64,000 nucleotides of DNA, from positions 4,128 through 68,127 of the forward strand of contig CAIKXV010000197.1 in NCBI GenBank assembly GCA_903831455.1. The letters run 5' to 3'. Origin of the DNA: an uncultured Pseudomonadota bacterium. GTDB taxonomy: Bacteria > Pseudomonadota > Gammaproteobacteria > Burkholderiales > CAIKXV01. A model generated the notes under the pieces. That model saw only the letters and a list, made by a program, of their open reading frames with translations. It did no database searches and was not told where the DNA came from. This document shows, piece after piece, positions 57,914-64,000 of this stretch (within the stretch, counting starts at the first letter, position 1; the number at the start of each line of letters is the position of its first letter). The position numbers were made by a program, and so were the translations under genes.

Positions 57914-59620
57914 ATGACCCAGATGACCGGCGCCGAAGCCATGGTGCGCATGCTCGAGGCGCACGGCGTCAGGCACCTGTTCGGGCTGTGCGGGGACACC
58001 AGCCTGCCCTTCTACGACGCGCTCGCCCGGCTCGATCACGGCATCGAGCACGTGCTCACCCGCGACGAGCGGCATGCAGCCTACATGGCCGATGGCTACG
58101 CCCGGGTGACCGGCAAGGTCGGCGTCTGCGAGGGCCCCAGCGGGGGCGGCGCCACCTACATCCTGCCGGGGGTGGTCGAGGCGAACGAGTCGTCGATTCC
58201 CGTGCTGGCGATCAACTCGGACATCTCCGCGGCGAGCCGTGGCCGCTACACGCTCACCGAACTGGACCAGGAGGCGCTGTTCCGGCCGCTCACCGGCTGG
58301 AATGGCGTGATCCGCAGCGCGACCCGGCTGCCGCAGATGGTGCGCGAGGCCTTCGCCCACATGACCTCCGGTCGCCCCTGCGCCGCGCACCTCGCGCTGC
58401 CGTTCGACGTGCAGCGACAGCCGGTCGAGGTGGCGGACGTCTGGGCGGACGCGAGCCTGGGTCGGTATCCGTCGCGGCCACAGGGTGCCGATCCAGCCGC
58501 GGTCCTCGCGGCTGCGCGGCAGCTCGCCTCGGCGACGCGTCCGCTGATCGTGTGCGGCGGCGGGCCGGTCATCGCCGGAGCCTTCGACGAAGTCCGTCGG
58601 CTCGCCGAGCGACTGGGCGCACCGGTCGCCACCAGCGTGAGCGGCCGCGGCATCCTCGAGGACGCCCATCCGCTCGCGCTCGGCGTCGTGGGCAGCAACG
58701 GCGGGACCCTGCCCACGCGGGAAGTCGTGGCCGACTCCGACCTCGTGTTCTTCATCGGTTGCCGTGCCGGTTCGGTCACCACCGAAAAATGGCGGCATCC
58801 CGCGCGCGATCGCCAGCGCATCGTCCAGCTGGACGCGGATCCGGCGACGCTGGGCGCGAACTATCCGCTCGATGCCGGCATCGCCGGCGACGCGCGGCTC
58901 GCGCTGGCGCAGCTGCTCGACGCGCTCGACGCCGAGGCCACTTCCGCCCACGCATCGACCCCGCGCGGGGACTGGGGCTCGGCTCGCGTTCAGGCGGCCC
59001 GTGCAGCGAAGTTCGCGCCCTTCGCCGAACTGGCTGCATCGACGGATACCCCCCTTCGGCCGGAACGGCTGGTCTCCACGCTGGACGAGGTGCTCGATCC
59101 GCGATCGATCGTCGTGGCCGATCCCGGTACCCCCTGCCCGTATCTCTCCGCGTATCACCGGATCGAACGGCGCGGTCGTCACTACTGGTCCAATCGGGCA
59201 CACGGCGCGCTGGGCTATTCGCTCGCCGCAGCCATCGGCGCGGCGGTCGGCAGCCCGGGCACGCGCGTGGTGGCCATGATGGGCGACGGCAGCTTCGGCA
59301 TGTGCTGCGGCGAACTCGAGACGCTGGCCCGCCTTGGGCTGCCGGTGACCGCGATCGTGGTCTCGAATGCCACTTACGGGTGGATCAAGGCCGGGCAGCG
59401 CTCCGGATTCGAGCAGCGCTATTTTTCGGTCGACTTCGGCCGCACCGACCACGCCCGCGTCGCCGAGGCATTCGGGGTGCGCGCGTGGCGCGTCACCGAA
59501 CCCGCAGACTTGCGCGGTGCGCTGGCGGCCGCACTGGAGGCCGCAGGTCCGAACGTGGTGGATGTCTGCTGCCAGCCGCTGCACGAGGCCCGTGCGCCCG
59601 TCTCGGAGTGGGTGGCGTGA
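57914..59620 (+). CDS. Thiamine diphosphate-dependent enzyme (acetolactate synthase large subunit-like)
   Basis: MTGAEAMV, FGLCG, RDERHAAYMADGYARVTG, GDGS...N ThDP motif. Confidence 0.92.
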   Translation: MTQMTGAEAMVRMLEAHGVRHLFGLCGDTSLPFYDALARLDHGIEHVLTRDERHAAYMADGYARVTGKVGVCEGPSGGGATYILPGVVEANESSIPVLAINSDISAASRGRYTLTELDQEALFRPLTGWNGVIRSATRLPQMVREAFAHMTSGRPCAAHLALPFDVQRQPVEVADVWADASLGRYPSRPQGADPAAVLAAARQLASATRPLIVCGGGPVIAGAFDEVRRLAERLGAPVATSVSGRGILEDAHPLALGVVGSNGGTLPTREVVADSDLVFFIGCRAGSVTTEKWRHPARDRQRIVQLDADPATLGANYPLDAGIAGDARLALAQLLDALDAEATSAHASTPRGDWGSARVQAARAAKFAPFAELAASTDTPLRPERLVSTLDEVLDPRSIVVADPGTPCPYLSAYHRIERRGRHYWSNRAHGALGYSLAAAIGAAVGSPGTRVVAMMGDGSFGMCCGELETLARLGLPVTAIVVSNATYGWIKAGQRSGFEQRYFSVDFGRTDHARVAEAFGVRAWRVTEPADLRGALAAALEAAGPNVVDVCCQPLHEARAPVSEWVA

Positions 59621-59714
59621 CGGACGATCGCGTGCACCGCCCGCAGGCGTCGGCATGCATGGCGGTCCGATATGGATGCGACCGCGGGCTGCGCGGGACC
59701 CTGGAGGCTGCGGC

Positions 59715-60137
59715 ATGAAGCGTCGACTTTCCGATCTGCTCGCCGGCAGCACGGGGCGGGTCGTGGGCAACCGGGTGCGCGACCTCGGACGTTCGCTCGG
59801 CGATGCCGCGACCCGATCGGCACAGGCGGTGGCCTCGCGCGCGCCGGACGCGCAGACCCTGCGGCGGGGCGTCGGGGATGCACTGGTCTTCGGAGGACGC
59901 CTGCTGCACGATCCGCGGTCAACGGTCGGCGAGATGGCGGTCAGCCTCGGCCAGGGGCTTCGCGGCGGCCGCAACGAAGCGCCGTGGCTGCTGCTGAAGG
60001 CGACCGACAACGGCTTCACGGTCATCGCCAGCGGCACCGAGGCACAGATGCGGCTGGCCTGGGAACAGCAGCGCGCGAGCGGCGCCCTGCTGCTGGTCGA
60101 GGTGCGTGCGGCGAGTGACGCGGTTGGCGGTCAGTAG
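59715..60137 (+). CDS. Hypothetical protein
   Basis: SD GGAGG, high-GC codon usage, fills the gap between flanking genes. Confidence 0.65.
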   Translation: MKRRLSDLLAGSTGRVVGNRVRDLGRSLGDAATRSAQAVASRAPDAQTLRRGVGDALVFGGRLLHDPRSTVGEMAVSLGQGLRGGRNEAPWLLLKATDNGFTVIASGTEAQMRLAWEQQRASGALLLVEVRAASDAVGGQ

Positions 60138-61090
60138 CCGCGCCGGGCGTCGACCACGTCGCGCAGCGGCTCACCGCGCATCCAGCCACCGAGGTTGGCC
60201 ACCACGGTGCGTGCGGCCGAGGCTCGGCTGGTGATCGAGGCCACGTGCGGGGTGATGAGTATCCGCGGATCGGTCCAGAACGGATGCCCGGGCGGCAGGG
60301 GCTCGCGCTCGAACACGTCGATCGTCGCCGAGCGCAGTTGACCGGCGTCGAGCGCGGCGATCAGGTCGGATTCGACCAGATGCGCACCGCGGGCGACATG
60401 CACGAGGGCCGCGCCGCGCGGCAGCGCGGCGAAGGTCGCAGCGCACAGCACGCCTCGCGTACGCTCGGTCAACGGCAGCAGGCAGACGAGGATCTCGCAG
60501 GCCGACAGGAACGCATCGAGTTCCCGGTCCCCGCCGAACGTCCGCACGCCGGCGATCTCGCGCGATCGTGAGGCCCAGCCGCGCACGGTGAATCCGGCCT
60601 GCGCCAGCGCGAGGGCCGCGCGGCCGCCAAGTTCGCCCAGCCCCATGACGCCGACCACGCGATCGGACATGAAGGGTCGGGCATGGCGTTCCCAGACCCC
60701 GTCGCGCTGGAGCAGCGCGTAGCGGTCCCACTCGCAGTGATGGCGCAGCACCGCACCGGTCACGTATTCCGTCATCAGCCGGCCGAGCGCAGGGTCGACC
60801 ATGCGCACCAGCGGAAGATCGCGCGGAAACTCGGGGTCTGAGAGGAGTCCGTCGACCCCGGCGCCGAGCGCATAGACCGCGCGCAGGTTCGGATAGCGAG
60901 CGAGTTCCCCCGGCGGCGGCTTCCACGCGAAGGCCACGTCGACCTGTGCGCGGTCGCCGACCTCGGGCCATACCCGGACCTCGAGCGTGGGGTCGGCCGC
61001 CAGGAAAGCCGCCCGCCAGGCGTCCCCATCCTCGCCGGGCGCGAGGACCAGCAGCCGAAGGCGCGCACCCGCGGGCGGACGCGGCGTCAC
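60131..61090 (-). CDS. ghrA: Glyoxylate/hydroxypyruvate reductase A (D-2-hydroxyacid dehydrogenase)
   Basis: GAGVD, VRMVD, GVMGLGELG, LLPLT, ARG, DVFEREPL, ITPHVAS; GTGA overlap with the zapE stop. Confidence 0.92.
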   Translation of the reverse strand: MTPRPPAGARLRLLVLAPGEDGDAWRAAFLAADPTLEVRVWPEVGDRAQVDVAFAWKPPPGELARYPNLRAVYALGAGVDGLLSDPEFPRDLPLVRMVDPALGRLMTEYVTGAVLRHHCEWDRYALLQRDGVWERHARPFMSDRVVGVMGLGELGGRAALALAQAGFTVRGWASRSREIAGVRTFGGDRELDAFLSACEILVCLLPLTERTRGVLCAATFAALPRGAALVHVARGAHLVESDLIAALDAGQLRSATIDVFEREPLPPGHPFWTDPRILITPHVASITSRASAARTVVANLGGWMRGEPLRDVVDARRGY

Positions 61091-62271
61091 GGGAGGTGAG
61101 GCTCGGCGAGGTAGGACGCCGATTGCATCTCGACCAGCCGGCTGACGCTGCGATCGAATTCGCCGCTGCCGCGCTGCTCCTTGTAGACGTCGTCGAGCGG
61201 AACCTGTCGGAACAGTTCGTCGACGGACACGTCGGCGGCGAGGATGAGCTTCACGCGCCGGTCGTAGAACTCGTCGATCAGCCACACGAATCGACGCGCC
61301 ACGTCTCGCTGGCGCGCGGTGAGCGCCGGCACCCCGGTGACGAACACGGTGTGGAACCGCCGCGAGAGTTCGATGTAGTCCGGCTTGCCCCTGGGCCCAT
61401 CGCACAGGGTACGGAAGTCGAACCAGCCGACGCCGTTGGCGGCGCGCCGGGCGTGGAAGCTGCGGCCCTCCACCTCGATCGGCACGTCGGATTCGCCGGT
61501 ATGGCGCGCGACTTCGTGGAAGAGTGCGGCGATCCGCGACTCCGCGGCCGCGTCGGCCGGCGTGTGGTAGGTACCGGTCGCGCTGATCGCGCGCAGCCGG
61601 TAGTCGATCGCCGCATCCACCTCGATGACCGCGAGGTGGGCCTTCAGCAGCGCGATCGCGGGCAGGAAGCCATCGCGCTGCAGCCCGTTGCGGTACAGCC
61701 CGTCCGGATGCGTGTTGGAGGTCGTGACCAGCACCACGCCCTCCTCGAACAGGCTCTCGAGCAGGTTGCGCATGAGCATCGCGTCGGTGATGTCGGTGAC
61801 GTGGAACTCGTCGAGGCAGAGCAGGCGCACCCGTTCGGCGATCGCGTGCGCGACCGCGCGCAGCGGGTTCGCGGTGCCCTGCAGGTCGCGCAACGCGTGG
61901 TGGATCTCCTGCATGAAACGGTGGAAGTGGATCCGCTTGCGGCGAGCGGTCGGCGCGGCGATGAAGAAGCTGTCCATCAGGAAGCTCTTGCCGCGCCCTA
62001 CCCCGCCCCACAGGTACAGCCCCTGCACGAGCTTGCGGCGCGCGATCAGGCGGATCAGCGAGTGGTCGAACCGCTCGAGGGCCACCAGGTCCTCGTAGAG
62101 CCGCTGGAACGCAGGCAGCGTCGCCTCCTGCGCCGCGTCGAGCGTGTAGCCGTGCTCGGCCGCATGCTGCCGCATCCAGTCGGCGACGTCGCGGCTGTCG
62201 GCCGGCAACCGCTGGTGCCCGGTATCGGGCACCGTGTCCGGCTGGAGCTGGGGCAGCAGATCGGCGCGCAC
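61087..62271 (-). CDS. zapE: Cell division ATPase ZapE (AFG1 family)
   Basis: GLYLWGGVGRGKS, HFHRFM, LCLDEFHV, TTSN, GLQR, RRFVWLIDEFYD, SRLVEMQ. Confidence 0.95.
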   Translation of the reverse strand: MRADLLPQLQPDTVPDTGHQRLPADSRDVADWMRQHAAEHGYTLDAAQEATLPAFQRLYEDLVALERFDHSLIRLIARRKLVQGLYLWGGVGRGKSFLMDSFFIAAPTARRKRIHFHRFMQEIHHALRDLQGTANPLRAVAHAIAERVRLLCLDEFHVTDITDAMLMRNLLESLFEEGVVLVTTSNTHPDGLYRNGLQRDGFLPAIALLKAHLAVIEVDAAIDYRLRAISATGTYHTPADAAAESRIAALFHEVARHTGESDVPIEVEGRSFHARRAANGVGWFDFRTLCDGPRGKPDYIELSRRFHTVFVTGVPALTARQRDVARRFVWLIDEFYDRRVKLILAADVSVDELFRQVPLDDVYKEQRGSGEFDRSVSRLVEMQSASYLAEPHLP

Positions 62272-62279
62272 GCGCCCGC

Positions 62280-63704
62280 TCAGAAGTGCAGCGGGCGCTT
62301 GTCCACCGCGAGCGCGGCCTCGTGCATGATCTCCGAGAGCGTCGGGTGGGCGTGCGAGATGCGCGCGATATCCTCGCTGCTGGCGGCGAACTCCATCGCC
62401 ACGACCGCCTCGGAGATAAGCTCGGAGGCGTTCGCCCCGATGACATGCACGCCGAGCACGCGGTCGGTCTTCGCGTCGGCGATCACCTTCACGAAGCCCG
62501 TGGTGTCACCCAGGCCCATCGCACGACCGCTCGCGGCGAACGGGACCTGGCCGCAGCGCACTTCGACGCCTTCGGAGCGCAGCTGCTGTTCGGTCTTGCC
62601 CACCCACGCGATTTCGGGCGAGGTGTAGATCACCCACGGGATCGCGTCGTAGTTGACGTGCCCCGCCTGGCCGGCGATCAGCTCGGCCACCATCACGCCC
62701 TCTTCCATGCCCTTGTGCGCGAGCATCGGACCGCGGACCACGTCGCCCACCGCGTAGACGTTGGGCAGCGTGGTGCGGCAGTGCCCGTCGACCTCGATGA
62801 ACCCGCGGGCGTCGATCCTGAGACCGACCGCCTCTGCACCCAGGCCTTCGGTATTGGGCACACGACCGATCGACACCACCAGGCGGTCGCACTCGAGGCG
62901 CTCGTCCTTGCCGTCGCGGCTGTAGGCCACCGTCACGCCCGACGTGCCCGCCTTGATCTCGCCCAGCGTGCAGCCGAGCCGGATGTCCAGGCCCTGCTTG
63001 GCGGTGAAGACCTTCCACGCTTCGCGGGAGACGGCCTCGTCGCAGGCCGCCAGGAAGTTGGGCAATGCCTCCAGGATCACGACCTCGGCGCCCAGGCGCT
63101 TCCACACCGAGCCCAGTTCAAGGCCTATCACGCCCGAGCCGATGATGCCGAGCCGTCCTGGCACCGTGTCGAAGGAGAGTGCACCGACGTTGTCGGACAC
63201 GAGCACGTTGTCCACCGGAACGCCCGGCAGGGCGCGGGCCCTGGAACCGGTCGCCACGATCACGTGCTTCGCTTCGACCGGCTCGCCGCCGACCTCGAGC
63301 TGCCAGCCCGCCCCACCCCGACCGGTGAAGCGGCCGTGCCCCGGCAGGAACGCCACCTTGTTCTTGCGGAACAGGCCGCGGATGCCCGCGGTGAGCTGGG
63401 TGACGATCTTCTCCTTGCGTCCCAGCATCGTGCCCAGGTCGAAGGACGCTTCCTTGACCCGGATGCCATGTTGCGCGAAGCCGTCGTGCAGCAGGTGGTA
63501 GTTCTCCGAGGACTGCAGCAGCGCCTTCGAAGGAATGCAGCCCACGTTCAGGCAGGTGCCGCCCAGGCGCGGCTCGCCCTTGGGATCCGCATACGGATTG
63601 GACTCGGCGCACGCCACCGAAAAGCCCAGTTGGGCGGCGCGGATCGCGGCGACGTACCCGCCCGGCCCCCCCCCGATCACCACGACATCGAAACTCTTCG
63701 CCAT
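62280..63704 (-). CDS. lpdA: Dihydrolipoyl dehydrogenase (E3)
   Basis: [36 protein letters not shown]. Confidence 0.98.
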   Translation of the reverse strand: MAKSFDVVVIGGGPGGYVAAIRAAQLGFSVACAESNPYADPKGEPRLGGTCLNVGCIPSKALLQSSENYHLLHDGFAQHGIRVKEASFDLGTMLGRKEKIVTQLTAGIRGLFRKNKVAFLPGHGRFTGRGGAGWQLEVGGEPVEAKHVIVATGSRARALPGVPVDNVLVSDNVGALSFDTVPGRLGIIGSGVIGLELGSVWKRLGAEVVILEALPNFLAACDEAVSREAWKVFTAKQGLDIRLGCTLGEIKAGTSGVTVAYSRDGKDERLECDRLVVSIGRVPNTEGLGAEAVGLRIDARGFIEVDGHCRTTLPNVYAVGDVVRGPMLAHKGMEEGVMVAELIAGQAGHVNYDAIPWVIYTSPEIAWVGKTEQQLRSEGVEVRCGQVPFAASGRAMGLGDTTGFVKVIADAKTDRVLGVHVIGANASELISEAVVAMEFAASSEDIARISHAHPTLSEIMHEAALAVDKRPLHF

Positions 63705-63707
63705 CGC

Positions 63708-64000
63708 TCAGACCTCCAGCAGCAGGCGCGCCGGATCCTCCAGCGCGTCCTTCATGGCCACGAGCGTGAGCACGGCCTCGCGACCGTCGATGATGCGATG
63801 GTCGTAGGAGAGCGCGAGGTAGTTCATCGGCCGGATGACGATCTGTCCGTTCTCGACGACCGGACGATCCTTCGTGGCGTGCACCCCGAGGATCGCGCTC
63901 TGCGGCGGGTTGATGATCGGGGTGGAGAGCATCGAACCGAATACCCCGCCGTTGGAGATCGAGAAGGTCCCGCCGGTGAGTTCCTCGATACCCAGTTTGC
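63708..64000 (-). CDS. sucB: 2-oxoglutarate dehydrogenase E2 dihydrolipoyl succinyltransferase (C-terminal part only)
   Basis: [30 protein letters not shown]...[14 protein letters not shown]. Confidence 0.95.
   Translation of the reverse strand, partial: KLGIEELTGGTFSISNGGVFGSMLSTPIINPPQSAILGVHATKDRPVVENGQIVIRPMNYLALSYDHRIIDGREAVLTLVAMKDALEDPARLLLEV

Noticed and set aside
61087-64000. zapE next to sucB-lpdA as a novel link
   Set aside because: This is a common gene order in Betaproteobacteria
1-64000. CRISPR array, rRNA, IS elements, prophage or defence genes
   Set aside because: No regularly spaced repeats and no transposase, integrase, phage or nuclease motifs were seen

Overview
High-GC chromosomal window from a betaproteobacterium, judged from five orphan Bug/TctC binding proteins and the sucB-lpdA-zapE order. 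It holds about 50 CDS and one tRNA-Arg(CCT). I saw no CRISPR array, rRNA, integrase or transposase. From left to right: a catabolic cluster (two enolase-superfamily enzymes, CocE hydrolase, SDR, Zn-ADH, cupin, two Bug proteins, gabD); mlaA; an htpX-qmcA-nfeD-SirB1 membrane quality-control cluster with a sigma32-type promoter; a TolC/MFP/MdtB-type RND pump; an HDOD protein; a ChaN-PDZ plus M1 peptidase pair; tRNA-Arg; a flavoprotein, metC, a divergent AcnA-like enzyme and a Bug protein; a small atypical islet; a Tat-type molybdenum hydroxylase pair; aspT-ald with an FNR box; TAXI, MFS and Bug genes; cytochrome b, cytochrome c', a Crp/Fnr regulator and mocA; an orphan cheY-cheA pair; MFS, hydrolase, Bug and a ThDP enzyme; then ghrA, zapE, lpdA and partial sucB. 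The best candidates for undescribed biology are the ChaN-PDZ/M1 peptidase pair, the minimal CheY-CheA module with unusual linker motifs, the aspT-ald pair with its FNR box, the aconitase with an altered substrate pocket, and the CooA-helix-type regulator locus. All functional calls come from reading motifs by eye; no database searches were run.
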